Counted from the first letter of the whole stretch, positions 1 through 13,441 are shown. The stretch is DNA of 52,612 nucleotides, filler included, from Jimgerdemannia flammicorona (GCA_003990765.1; 2 parts of 2 records of this genome joined end to end with filler, not necessarily neighbours in it); one strand, 5' to 3'. Translations and numbers: made by a program. The notes: generated by a model not told the origin, from the letters alone.

Positions 1-9
1 ACTAGTCAG

Positions 10-402
10 GTGTATCTTACTATGATGTGTGAAAAAGTCCTTCCATGGATTATTTTGCATTATGGTTCAATTCACCAAGGTAATTATATTTGGCAACAGG
101 ACAATGTTCCTGCACATAATGCCAGAGTGGTTCGTTGGGAGCTTGAAGAACTTGGTGTCAAGCTGCTAGAATTCTGGCCTGCCAAGTCTCCTGATATGAA
201 TCCAATCGAACATATTTGGAGCTATCTTGGACGTGCTATTCGTCGTCATCAACCATTGCCAAATAATCTCAATACTTTATGGGATGTTTTACAAGAAGAG
301 TGGGATGCTATTCCACAGAAAACTTGTCAACAACTTATTGAGAGTATGCCGCGTCGTGTGCAGGCTTTGATGGATGTTGGTGGTCGATCAACTCGTTATT
401 AA
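10..402 (+). CDS. Tc1/mariner (DD34E-type) transposase, C-terminal catalytic part; 5' end lies outside the window
   Basis: Motifs WQQDNVPAH, WPAKSPDMNPIEHIW and LIESMPRRVQAL...GGRSTRY are typical of the Tc1 DDE_3 C-terminus; frame is open and CpGs are intact. Confidence 0.93.
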   Translation: MYLTMMCEKVLPWIILHYGSIHQGNYIWQQDNVPAHNARVVRWELEELGVKLLEFWPAKSPDMNPIEHIWSYLGRAIRRHQPLPNNLNTLWDVLQEEWDAIPQKTCQQLIESMPRRVQALMDVGGRSTRY

Positions 403-469
403 ATAGCCATTATCATATTTATATAGTTATACAGCATAGCAGTTTTATTAAATAGCCATTATCATATTT
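396..469 (+). repeat. 25-bp direct repeat in the Tc1 3' UTR
   Basis: TTATTAAATAGCCATTATCATATTT at 396-420 and 445-469. Confidence 0.85.
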
Positions 470-497
470 TTTTATCATGTATAGTTATGCTGTCAGT

Positions 498-526
498 GGT
501 CGGTCTACTCAGTTGTATAGTAACTG
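498..526. repeat. Probable right terminal inverted repeat of the Tc1 element
   Basis: Reverse complement reads CAGTTACTATACAACTGAGTAGACCGACC (CAGT start typical of Tc1 TIRs), ~100 bp after the stop; the expected TA TSD is not intact and the left TIR is outside the window. Confidence 0.5.
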
Positions 527-1483
527 AATAAAAATGGATTTGTACTACTAAATTCTGCGGCTAATAATCGACAAATTTGGCTCAGATTGGAATCGCGTGT
601 GGTATGGTGACCGATTGTTACTGTAGCAACCTGCCGGTAAAAATACTCTTAGTCCCATGATTACTAATCTCGTCGCTTCATACTTCTGCATTTCGCGCTC
701 TGCTGTTTTTTTTTTTTTTTTTGTAATATTGCTGTCTGTTCGGATTCCGCGACGCTTCTTCATTGCGCGCTAGCAAAACCATCCAATTGCCGATTACCTC
801 ACGCGTACGCGCAATACGTCAACCCATATTACATATGCACACGAGGACTTGCCGTCTCGTGTGACCACGAAAATGAAAGAAAAACTCAAACTAGCAAAAT
901 CGGAATATGATCTGTAGGGATCCCACTCCACACAGGGAGGTCTCCTCTCCAACTGGTCAATAAATTAGCACGCGCTGACAACTGGTAATGTCGTCCGTAC
1001 ATGACACTTTCGTTCTGGGAATCCACGTGAGATTGCTGAAATAATTTTATGATGTTCAGCGGACTAATATTGCAACAACTTCACCGGACTTTTTTAAGCA
1101 ACGAGGCCGACAGCTTCGTGATCAAATGTGTACGACATAGATCAAATTTGAGGTTTGAGATTACATGAACGCGTTCATTCCACCCCTCACTTCGATCTTT
1201 GGTCCATGGTTGCACCGGACTTTGCGTTCGAGAGATTCGATTCAAATGAACCCTTGGGCTGTAGCCTCGCAACATTCGCCGAATTATGCCCAAACGTACA
1301 AAATGGCCCCACAAATTTGGCGACGGTGAAACACACCAGTAACCATTGCCGGCAACCATTGCCGGCGACTGTTTTGCCTTTTATTTTGAATGCGAGGAAG
1401 TTGAAAGGAACGGTGGCTAAATTCTCAATGCACCAGTGAACTGCACTAGTACGTCCATTGCATTGAGCAAGCAAATAATAAAT

Positions 1484-1524
<41 letters not shown>

Positions 1525-3318
1525 AACTTAATTGTTAGAGATCCTTTAACCCCATCAAGTTTGGATACAGTATACCTGGTTTGGCTATTAGTTAGTTGAA
1601 TTTAGATATTATGATTAATATGAGTCCAAAGATCTATGATAAGTAATAATATAGATAGATAACTATAAATAAAGTATGTAAAGATGATAATACCACTAAT
1701 AAGAAAAAAAATCTCTGATGTTCAATATATATTAATTTATAATATATATATATACAATGATCAAACCATTGCCACTTGAATTTGAATGGTGAACTTGCCT
1801 TAATGTGGCCGCAATCGGCTAAACCCTCGCAAACCTCGAAACCGATCAGCCGTAATTCTTCTAAGACAATGTACGCGCAATTTTGGAGATCACCCCATAG
1901 CAACAATTTGGATGTATGTAGTTTAGGAGGCCATTGATAATGAGGTTGTAATAGTATATATTCGAAATTTTAGACGAGAATGGATGACTTCAATGCATAA
2001 CCTCAAAATGGGCAGGCCTTCCAAACTGGGATACGATCCACATCACATGCTGTTTACAGGACGGAGGGTAAGAATAAATATTGATATTAATTTACTGTAT
2101 TGAAAGTACACTCCAATTTGCTCACAAATACGTCAAACATTCAACATGCTTCTTGGCAGGCTCTGACAAAATCATAAACTTTGTCCTGGAGCTTCTCGTC
2201 AAGAGGGAGAACGGCGGCGTGAACCCACCTCATTGACGTACCTCACGAGGCTTTTGGAAAGCAACAGAAACCCACTTACGAGCGCGACTCATCGAAACTA
2301 CAACTTCGTGGACGACGATTTTGTCATACGCTTTCAAGAAGATGGCCATTTCGGCGAGGAGAGGGAATTCAGTGTTAAAAACGACACTACGTTTCCTCGG
2401 GCCGATACCACAAGGACACTGTCCTATCCTGTAAATGAGCATACACTGGCTTCGCTTTCGTTCCCCTTGCTATTGTCCCGACGCCTAGCCAAATAACGGT
2501 TTAAATATATATTGATATAAGCAATGATATAGCCGGTTCTTGCGATCATTGTATGTTTCTAAAAAAAAAAAAAAAAAAAAAAAAACTCGAAAAAGTTGTT
2601 TACATAAATACAAGGAAGCATATCCAACCTAAAAACGCTTGTTCCGCACTACTAGGTTTCAAAGGACGTGATTCAAAAGCTAATATGCTGGGGTCAAATT
2701 AAAGCATGGACCGTAGACCAACCAGTACTAACTTTCACTTCTCAATGTCGTATTTCCAAATTCATAAGAGGCAATTCTTATCAGAAAAATTCTCTCTAGA
2801 CGGACGACCAGAATTTTTAAATCTTAATGAGTCAGACACTTCTGTTTGTGCAACACACTACTTTTAATATCTCGCCTCGCGTCATTTAGGCTATTCTTCA
2901 AGAATCAAGCGTCGTTGTCCCGTCTCGGCGATTTTCATTTATCTTCCCTCCCTTGAGCGATGGCGAGGTGCCGACGGTATAAAGGTCGCCGCGCGAGCAA
3001 CTACATAAGGTATATGTATCCTAGGCCTTGGTACATGCAACGTTCAGCAATTCCAATCCACCAATCAAAATGGCTTGTTGGGGGCAAGAAAGTAAACACT
3101 CATTCTCGGGCAGTGATGTTGCTGTATAAACAGGTATTTTACCAATCTCGTTGCATTTTTTAAGTTTCGCATCCCTCAAATCGCGATCCTCGCTCGTTTC
3201 GTGGGACCAGAAGTGAAAATCCCACGCCTCAAAAAGAAAATTCATGTTACAAGTCAACAGGCCTTATTTAAAATCAATGAGGCACTTAAACATATGGTTC
3301 CGATTGCATGAGTTACAA

Positions 3319-3355
<37 letters not shown>

Positions 3356-4258
3356 TAAAACATGTAATGACAGGCCTACAAATTCCTTCGAATTTTCGTC
3401 CATAATCGATTAAAACGTCTCAGTGGACCATAACTGTGCTGGCACGGCCGAACCATGTGGTGGTTCCTAATGTTCTTTCGTGAGCGGTTTCTCTCGACGA
3501 TGCAGCTGCTGGGAGGCGTGTCGCGTATAATGTGAATAAGCGGCGGTAGTATGAGGGGAAAATGGTAAAGTGTGGACTGCTCAAAATTAGAGTCGCGATT
3601 TTTTGTGAAATAAGCTGAGCGATGACGGAAATATCATATTTTATTACAGGCATGAATAAATATTCGCCACATCTTTGGTCATTAATCAACTCACTCACTT
3701 AAAAAGATAAAGTCGGTAGATTCACCAACCGCATCTTGCGTTCCCAATTCTCTTTCAATGACGATCTTTTTACATCATTCCATTGACCTCTAACTTCAAC
3801 GGGACAAGTATATATATATATTTTTCTACAAATGGCCGATTGTGGCACCTTTCCCATGTATATTTATTTGACAGATGAACATCAGAGGAATGATATATAA
3901 TTAAATATCAAGATCGTTATGATTTAGGTACTTTAATAATCCTAGTCGTTTGAGTACCACCGTCGCTGGCTAGAGGAAACCCAATCAAGTGAAAATTCTT
4001 TGTGTAGACCTTAAGGGTATATTTCCATTTTCGACAATGTAATTAATTATGATGAGCGCGCCGTCCCATCAGCTGTGAACATTCTGCCCCCTTGTTCGAT
4101 CAACTGTTACTACATCTTGTCACACTGTCTCGTGTCCGTATATATATCAATCTGCTCACAGATGCCGCCTACCATATTAGAAGCTCGTCACGTGATAAAC
4201 AATAGTAAACACCATATGAGAAAAAATTATTGCGGCGAAGCTCTGTCACCTCCACGAA

Positions 4259-4681
4259 ATGGCAAATCCCGCAGACGAATATAACACTGCAGCCGTGTTT
4301 GACGGTAAGCTATTGACAACACAGACGCTGATGTTGGACTGCCGGCCATATGCTAACAGGAGGTGATCTGCAGCCGACGACAGCCTCTTGGCTCTGATAC
4401 GCAACAGCCTCAACCTACTGTATCGCCGACCAGTAGGTGTCGTTCTCGCAAACAGGCGGTATGCATGTAATGCCGAGGAAGGCCATAACCAGAGTATCCC
4501 CAAAATAAATGTGGATAGGCTCGAGAATGACGGTAGGCAAGCCTCTTCCGTCGAATTTTTGTCTGGCGTTAACCAATATCAATTTATACTGAACGCTGGC
4601 CTTTTTCTTAATAGACTATGGAAATTACTGGAAGAACGTGGTGCGTTGAACCTTTCGTTAAAATACATCTTGCTGGTATAA
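4259..4681 (+). CDS. Candidate small spliced ORF, unknown product
   Basis: GTAAGC donor at 4305, GCTAAC branch at 4352-4357, CAG acceptor at 4373; removing this 69-nt intron deletes an in-frame TGA and gives MANPADEYNTAAVFDADDSLLALIRNSL...; no recognisable homology. Confidence 0.25.
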
Positions 4682-6859
4682 CGCCCTTTTGTAATACGGT
4701 AACGAATTCGTGAATACTCTTTACAGAATCGATGGCTTTTCGGAAGTCAGGAGAGCGCTAAAGGTCGAGAGAGGACTCCACTCCTAGGCGGGCAACTTAC
4801 GCATTATCTCTGAACGTTATTGTCACTACATTACTCTGTATATAGTTACATAGTCCGATCCCTCGTTTTGAGCGTTCTTTCTAATATGTATTTTGCTTGT
4901 GCATCGGAAATTCCACGGAACATTTACTGAACTAAACTCTTGTGTTCAATCCACAACACCCAAATCGTTCATCGAAATGAAAACACGTTTATTTCGGCTA
5001 TCTCTCTCCGACAGTTCGACATTTCCTTTATCCAGGCTGTTTTGTGGCTACGGAACCCGCATACATGCAGCTCCTACTCGATTTTGATACTGAGAGGACG
5101 GGATTTGGGAGGGAGCTACTATGATTCCAAAACCGAAGAGGAATCGAGCGCATACTTTGGTTGAGCGTCAGCTTAACTAAGCCTCCTTACACATAATCGC
5201 ATAGACTTCGCAGTTTGCTTAACCTTATGTTAATGAATTTACTTGATCTCAGCTAAACATATATTTTCTGCAGGGATGTGAATCTTCTAAAACCAAAAAC
5301 TGCACGGATGTGAACCTGTAGATGGTGGTCCATTTTCCTCTATGTATCTTCCCCTATGTTCTCAGAGCCCGAAACCGATTTTCAACGTAGAAGTGAGGTG
5401 ATTACCTACAAGTCTCATTTGCTACGGCGACTTTGGTCACCTGTTTAAGTTACGAATAAATTTTTACAAAGATCTTCGGATTTTCCCGAGTTTGATATTG
5501 GGTCCGTTGCCACTACCATTTTGGTGGGCCGAAAACAGAAGCGAGGGTCCTCTGATGGGCTTCAAGATAAACGCCAAGAAAGCGAACACATCAAATTCTA
5601 ACAAACTTTGAGATTTAGTAGCGGAACCCAATGCTCCAATGCATTTAAACACTCGCATGTTGCCTTGGTGTTCCGAAAGCAAAGGGGGAAGAAGTCCGCA
5701 CTTCAGATCAATCTCATCACGGTTAATAGCTGTTAGTGCACTGCATTAGTGGTGGTGCTAAATACTGCGTACAATCCGCTATTACGGAGATATTCTCATT
5801 GCGTGGGTTAAGGTGAGGAAATTTTGGGGGGTTTTTTTTTTTTTTTTTTTTTGATAAAAATTAATACGATCACAGAAACACCTTCTCTTCCCATATACCA
5901 GTATACCGACACTTCTCCATGAGTTAGAAATTTCGTTAAGCACTTAGAAGGTTCCTGTTCTTCATTTTTATTATTGTTGCCTATGTCGAGCATGTCATGG
6001 TCGTGTCCGGTTTCTAATTGTCACAAAGGTATTCTAGCGGTTTCCGCCCTGCCAGGCCAGCCGCGTGGAACTTCGATCCTGAGCTGCTCCGACGAGAACA
6101 TATATCCTCCAGATTACAAGGACACTATCTACAATCTCGGCGGGCGATTTAAACATGCAGTTGGAGGTTTTTCTCCGGGTTACCAGATCGCCGGGTTACA
6201 ATAACACCAGGACATACCAAATTGGCAGGCTACAGAACATCAGGATTCCATGATGCCCAGGTATACCAGGTTACACCAGGCTACTAATGCCGGGAGGTCG
6301 GCGGGTTCTTTAAGCATGCAGCTGGTGGTTACATATTACGTGCCGAGTTGGTTATAACCTTTTTTACTAGTTTTCTTTGATTGCATGCATTGATTATCCA
6401 GGTCGCATTGCCTTTATCGGTATACGTACGATAAATCTACTTTGTCTCACTGTCTCCAAACAAGCAATACACTTTTCTCGCAACTTGCATCCTGAGCCAT
6501 TTCCGCCGCCTCCCATCTCTCTAGGATGTCTCTGACTCGTAAATATCCACGTGTAAAAATATCGCCTGAAACCGCTGGTCATCGGAGTTGCCTAGCATAA
6601 TGGTGGAAAACAGAAAACTTAAAACTATAATAATTATTTGTAATGCCATAATTTTGTGCATACAGCGAATACATAGTAACAGTGTACAAGTGTTTGTGAA
6701 AAATTTCATTCTTGGCGTTAGTTAATTACAGTGTTTATATTTTATTTTGCATCTCAATAATAGTGGCTTAGAGGTGACGTCATTCATGTATAGTCACATG
6801 CCATATCAATATAAACAATCTCCTCCAGTATTCTGAGCTGGCATATTACAATACTAATA

Positions 6860-7230
6860 AAGACTTCTCTTCCTATAAATCAGAATCTTTTTTTTTTTTT
6901 ATTTTTTTCAACTTTTTAACTTCTATAATTCTGAGTTATAATATTGGAAAAATTAATATCTATATTAGCCAATTTTTCTTCTTAACTGTAAAAGAGATTA
7001 TAGAGTTATAATTTTTAGTGATGAGTAGAATTTCTCCAATATAGTCTGAATTAATAACTTTTTCTTTAATTAAAATTTCACTCTTGGCTAGACTACTTCT
7101 TATCTTGAGAATTTCAATATAGTCTTTTAAAAGTTTGAAATAGTTTTTATAACTATAGTAATATCTATTTTAGCTATATTTTTTGATTTATATTTAAGCA
7201 AGACTATATCTGAATAGATTCTCTAAATCT
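6860..7230 (-). pseudogene. dUTPase relic of the old E2-family element
   Basis: Translates to LKIRSSLAKSEILIKEKVINSDYIGEILLI, matching E2 NIRSSLAKSEISVEGGVIDPNYTSKIFLI. Confidence 0.8.
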
Positions 7231-8120
7231 TGACTTTAATTTTTTTTTTTTTTTTTTTTTTTTTAATTAGAAGAAACCAGAACCTATATAGGTCAAAACT
7301 CTCTCCTACTTTACTCTCTAAATACTATTCCTCTATTATTCTTAGATTATAGAGAGAACCAGTAGTCTCACTATTTCAGCTATATAAGAGTAGTATTATA
7401 TATATACTCTTATTCTAATAATATATAGACTTAACTTATCTATTTATCAGAGCTAGATTATCAGTTTATTACTATAAGAGCACATTTATTTATTAGATCT
7501 AATAATACTGAGACTGAATAATATAACTTTTCTGATCTTAAACAAAAGCCAGAGATAAAGAAAAAACTCTCTAATTAATCAACAAAAAGTAGAATAGATT
7601 TATAATAAGTGAGTAAAGAACTTATATATAAGACTCTCTCAAAAGGATTAATATACATATGGGCTAAGACTTAAAAAGACTTCAATTCTACTCTCTGAGT
7701 CTATAGATCTTAATGATATTATTATATCAGCTCTTAGTTCTAGTTAGGTACTATCAAATAAAGAAGGTCTCACTTTTTAAGCCTACAGACCTTGATTTTT
7801 TTTTTTTTTTTTTTTTTTTTTATTTAACAGACTCTATGTCCCGCAGAATTTTATTAGAAGGGAACCTAAACTATATAGGCCAAAACCCTCTCCCACCACT
7901 CACCAAGCACTGCCCCCCCATTAACCTAGGCTAGCTATTGTCCAGCAGCTTAACCATGCCAGGTGCAGCAGGGTAAAGAAGCCCGCACCTCATTCTATGT
8001 ATCATGCTCTCCCTACCACCAAGAGAAACCCAGCCATATATCAACGACCGAAAGCGCATGCCCAAGAACCCAACATATACATATACAAGGCCATGCCCGA
8101 GCCGAATAGAATAGCCCCTG

Positions 8121-8523
8121 TATAACATTTTAGCATAGTTTATTCCTTTTCTTTGTCTTTCTTCAATATTCTACAACCTTCTGATACTTTTCAAATGTTT
8201 AGAAATTCTTTCTTAGCACCAAGCATTAACTAGTACTTATTTAGTTAGTCACTGAATGCCCTGAAAACTTGTAGAACTTTATTTGTCATCATTTGTCACC
8301 TTCGCCAAGAACTTTCCTCTTGGCATTTTTCCTTTGATTTCTCAGATCCTTCCGGATCCTTCTTTCAGATCTTATATAAATATCCCCTTTGTTCTCAGGA
8401 ATAAAGCTTAGAATATTTTCTTCTAGAAATCCTTCGAGAATACTTGAATCCTTAGTATCTCTTCGAGCTACTTAGGACCACCAGAATTAGTCGCTTCCTC
8501 ATTTAGAAACTAGAACTGTTACA
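8121..8523 (+). repeat. E1 5' LTR (403 bp)
   Basis: TATAAC...GTTACA; direct repeat of 13755-14157; TATAAATA box followed by AATAAA. Confidence 0.96.
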
Positions 8524-8525
8524 CT

Positions 8526-8537
8526 TGGTAGCAGTGG
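8526..8537 (+). promoter_or_regulatory. E1 primer-binding site (initiator-Met-tRNA-like)
   Basis: TGGTAGCAGTGG 2 nt after the 5' LTR. Confidence 0.8.
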
Positions 8538-8591
8538 TGAAGTTATACCTAGCCTTATCAAGACACCTCTCAAGATATCAGTCACAACACT

Positions 8592-9626
8592 ATGGAGGAC
8601 AACGGGTAGAACCCTTCATACAGCACCTACAGTCCAGGCAATGCCTCTTACTACCAGCAAGAAGAAGAAGAGGAACAGCCAATCCCCACCCAGTCAACCG
8701 GGTCTATTGAGAGTCTTTTGCAAACTGCATTAGCTCAGATCACCCAACTTCAAGAACACATAGAAAGAAAGGAAAGCAAGACCTCGTCTCATACCTCCGC
8801 ACCTCCACCGATATCAATACATCCGACAGCAGTCACTATCAAGCCTCAGAAGCCTGACACCTTTGATGGTCAAAGAGGAGGACTGTCTACCGACGCCTGG
8901 CTTTTCCAATTGGAGCAATATGGAGAACTGACCAATTTGGAAGAAACAACGCTAGTCCAATTTGCTGCCACACTCCTCCGAGGGAATGCTGCAATCTGGT
9001 GGCAAAATCATGTCCAGAATACCAGATTCTCTGGCCGAATCAAGACCTGGGGTGAATTCTCTGATGCTATTCAAGGCCAATTCAAACCAGTTAACAGCAC
9101 CAAGGCTGCGTGAGACCATCTGGCAAACATCAAACAACTCAAGTCTGTACAAGCATACAATGCACAATTTCTGTTAATTCTGCTAGAACTACCACATGTC
9201 ACTGAAGACAAGAAGGTTGACAAGTACATCTGAGGTTTGAAAGGCCAAACCCGAGTTCGTGTTGAACTAGAAGAACCCAAGGACCTAGACACAGCAATGA
9301 AAATTGCTGATAGGTTTGATATCATCACCTATAGTCACTGCTTTGAACAGAAGAGACTGCCTTTCAACAACAATAATAATAAAAACCACAGAAGGGAGGA
9401 ACCCAAAGTCAGAACTGTTGGACCTGCCCCCATGGACCTAGACACTATCAACAAGAGCAAGAAAGGAAAACTTATACCCGAGGAAAAGGAGCACCTCAAG
9501 AAGGCTGGAGCCTGCTTCTTTTGCCATCAGCCTGGTCACATTGCAACCAAATGTCCCAAGAAAACCACAGAACCAAAGAGGATCCTGGTCCTGTCCAAAG
9601 ACACTCAAGGTCAACCAGTCGAATAA
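8592..9626 (+). pseudogene. gag: E1 gag (capsid + CCHC zinc knuckle)
   Basis: KPQKPDTFDG...WLFQLEQY, LRGNAAIWW, GPAPMDLD, CFFCHQPGHIATKC; in-frame TAG/TGA stops consistent with C->T changes. Confidence 0.92.
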
Positions 9627-10045
9627 GAAGTTGTACTCAATTTCATGTGAGTCAACCCCAAGGCCCAGACCCCTCAAGCATAGTCAGAAGGAGCTATTGG
9701 TTTAGACATTCAAGCAGTACAACAAGTCACTATTCCAGCACATGAAAGAAGGCTCATCCCAATGGCCTTTCAGTTGAAATCCCCAAGGAACATTATGTAC
9801 AAATTGCACCAAGATCTGGCCTCAGCTTCAAGCACTCATTGGATATTGGTGCTGGAGTCATAGACCCTGACTTCCGAGGTAAAATGCAAGTTCTGCTAGT
9901 CAACCACAAGAACCAGCCATATACCATCAATGAAGGAGATATAATTGCACAGCTCATTCTGGAGCGAGCCACCCTACCAGTCATCAAAGAAGTTATCAAG
10001 CTGTCTTTCACTAAGCGAGATCAGAAAGGCTTTGGCAGCACTGAC
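9627..10045 (+). pseudogene. dut: E1 trimeric dUTPase domain between gag and protease
   Basis: All five motifs: GAIGLDI, IAPRSGL, GVIDPDFRG, IAQLI, RDQKGFGST; stops and one frameshift. Confidence 0.93.
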
Positions 10046-10081
10046 AAAGTTGCAAGCATAGCTGAGAACTGAGCCAATTCA

Positions 10082-13000
10082 ATGCTCATTTTCAAAGGTC
10101 TAGTCAAGGGACAAGAACTAGATGTTCTCATAGACAGCAGAGCTGTTGGGAACTTCATCAACAAGAACCTCATCAACAAGCTCAAGATTCTCACCAAACC
10201 AGCTGACAAGAATGGCAGAGTTGTCACTGCAGATGGCACCACCTTACCAATTGACTCAATTGCTGCTAAACTTCCCCTCAAGATCTAGAAGTATTGGGAA
10301 TGTTTAGATTTCAAGGTAGCACCACTAGGAGACCATGACCTGATCTTAGGCAAACCCTGGCTTATATGGCATAATCCTCAGATTGATTGGACCAAGAATG
10401 AAGTCACCTTGATTCAAGATGGAGCCAACATTACCATCAAGCCAGACAAGACTCAGACGAGAACCCCAATTGCTACCCTTTCAGCAATCCAGTTCAAGAA
10501 GGCCCTCAAGAAAGCTACCTGTGCCTTTGTGGCACTGATCTGACCAAAGAAAGAAGACAAGAAGCTATCAATTGATGAAAGCATCAAGTTACTGCTGAAC
10601 AAGTACAAGGATGTCTTCCCAGACAAACTACCTAGTCTGCTACCTTCAAGAAACCATGACCATGAAATCAAGTTGGTACCTGATGCAGCTATACCCAAGA
10701 AGAAAATGTATTATATATCTCTACTCGAAATTGAAGCAGTCAAGAAGGAACTCAATGAACTCATTGAGCAAGGAGCCATTCAGCCAAGCAAGTCACCCTT
10801 TGGCTCCCCAGTCCTATTTGTCAAGAAAAAGGATGATACTCTGCGAATGTGCATAGACTACTGAGCACTCAACAAGATCACTGTCAAGAACCACTATCCG
10901 CTACCACTCATAGATCAAATTTTTGATGCTCTCAAGAATGCAAAGTACTTCACCAAGATTGATCTCACCTCTGGGTATTACCAAATTCGAATCAAGCCAG
11001 AAGACATACCCAAGACTGCCTTCATGATACCCTTTGGACTCTACAAGTTCCTAGTCATGGCCTTTGGTCTCATCAATACACCAGCAACCTTTCAAGACCT
11101 CATGCAAACTGTCTTCAAGGATCAGCTTTATATCTTTGTACTTGTGTACATTGATGACATCCTGATCTTCAGTAGCACTGAAGAAGAACACCTCAAGCAC
11201 ATCAAACAAGTTCTCAAGATCCTCCACAAGAACAAGCTCTATGCAAAGCTCAAGAAATATGAATTTTTTAAGGATCAAGTTGAATATCTTGGACACATTG
11301 TATCAGCCAAAGGAATTCAAGTAGACCCAAGGAAAATACAAGCCATTGAACAGTGGCCTGTATCTGCAAACCTCACTGAACTCAGGTCCTTCCTTGGTCT
11401 GGCTGGATACTACCATCGATTTGTCAAGAACTTCTCTGGCATCGCAGAATCTTTGACAAACCTCCTGCAAAAGGAACCCAACTCTGACCTCTATGTTCTC
11501 TACATCTGGGATGTCTTCTGTCAATAAGCCTTTCAAGAACTCAAGAACCACCTGATCCATGCACCTGTCCTTAGAAATATGAACCCAAACTTGAAGTTTA
11601 CAGTCACTACAGATGCATCTAACTTTGCTATTGGTGCAGTCATTTCTCAAGATGATGGTCAAGAACACCGACCTATTGCCTTTGAGTCAAGAAAATTGTC
11701 CCCAGCAGAACAAAAGTTGGCTACTCACGAAAAGGAACTCCTGGCAATTATACATGCCCTCAAGACCTGGCGATACTATCTAGAAGGAGTTGAGTTTGAT
11801 GTGATCACTGATCACAGATCCCTTCAGTATATCAACACCCAACTAACCCTTTCTCACCAACAAGCCAAGTAGAGTCAACTGCTTCAGACCTTTACCCCAA
11901 ACATCATCTACAAGCCTGGCAAAACTCTAGTTGTACCAGATGCACTTTCAAGGAGACCTGACCTTGCTGCAATTTTACAAGTCACTGTGGCACCTGAATT
12001 CCTCAATCAGATCAAGAAGGCATATGAACAAGACTCTCTGGTTCTACAAAGGAACACCAAGGAATTCAAGGAAAAGTACACCATCAAGGACAACCTCGTG
12101 TACTATCAAGACAAAGTATATATTCCTACTAACCCTGAACTATAGTATAAGATTCTCCATGAACACCATGACTCCCCACTAGCTGGCTACCTTGGAACTG
12201 AGAAGACCATCAAGAATATCCAACAAGGCTACTACTGGCCAAACATGCTCAAGGAAATCAAGAAGTATGTCCAAAGCTATGATCTTTGCCAAAGAAACAA
12301 GTCAAGCAATCAAGCACCTGCCAGTCTTCTACAACCCTTGTTAATTCCAACCAAGAAGTTCGAACAAGTCACAATGGACTTCATTGTATAACTCCCACGA
12401 ATCAAAATAGGCTATGATGCTATTGTTGTGTTTGTGGACCATCTCACTAAGATTACAATCGCCAAGCCAACCACAACTAATGCCACTGCCTCAGAAATTG
12501 CAAGAATCTTCTTCAAGACTGTCTTCCACCATTATGGACTTCCCTGAGTAATTATCAGCAACTGTGACCCCAAGTTCATAAGTCACTTCTGGCAAGCACT
12601 CTTCAAGACCCTTGAAACCCAAATTGCTATGTCTATGGCCTTCCATCCTCAAACTGATGGACAGACAGAGCAAATGAACAGAACACTTAAACAAATGCTC
12701 AGAAACTACGTGTCTTATGAGCAAGATGATTGGGACCACTATCTGACCTATGCCAAGTTCACCTATAACAATGCCAACCAATCATCAACTGGCCTTTCCC
12801 CATTTCAGCTACTTCACAGTCAAAACCCCGAGACCCCTGCAAGTCTAGTCCAATTCCAGCAATCCAGTCACACACAAGTTCCCACAGCCCAGAACCTTAT
12901 CGACAAAATGGATTCCCTTCTCAAGATCACCACTACAAACCTGCAAAAGGCTCAGCAACATCAAGCTAAGTATGCAGATAAGAAGCAGTGAGATGTCATA

Positions 13001-13441
13001 TACAACATTGGTAATATGGTTCTACTCAAAGCCAACAACATCAAGGCTCAATCTCAAGTCAACCGTCAGTCAGCCAAATTCCAGCCCAAGTACCTTGGAC
13101 CCTTCAAGATCACCAAGCAAGTCTCTACGTGGTCTTACCGTCTCAACTTGCCAACAACCATGCATATACATCCAGTATTCCATATGTCACAACTCAAGGC
13201 CTGGAACCAGTCACCCCCATACCCTGGCCGAATTCCAACATCATCAGCACCAGTCATAGTTGAAGACCACATCGAGTATGAAGTCGAGAAAATCTTAGAC
13301 AAATGAGTCTGATACCATTGCATAGAATACCTAGTCAAGTGGATGGGTTATCCTAAATATGATGCTACCTGGGAATCTGCCGCCAACCTCAAGAACTCCC
13401 AAGACCTCATCCAAGAGTTCGAGCAAAAAGGAACTCATTGA
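10082..13441 (+). pseudogene. pol: E1 pol: aspartic protease, reverse transcriptase, RNase H, integrase, chromodomain
   Basis: LIDSRA (DSG motif), LRMCIDY, YIDDILIFS, TTDASNFAIGA, HPQTDGQTE, GPFKI, EYEVEKILD...YLVKWMGY...TWE. Confidence 0.95.

Noticed and set aside
1341..1366. AACCATTGCCGGC tandem duplication
   Set aside because: Two units only, no spacers; ordinary slippage
2100..2496. Protein-like ORF 2233-2496 with a possible upstream intron
   Set aside because: No recognisable motif and no consistent gene model
705..5852. Long poly(A)/poly(T) runs (~705, 1485, 2560, 3318, 5833) as retroposon tails
   Set aside because: I could not find TSDs or shared upstream bodies; treated as simple homopolymers
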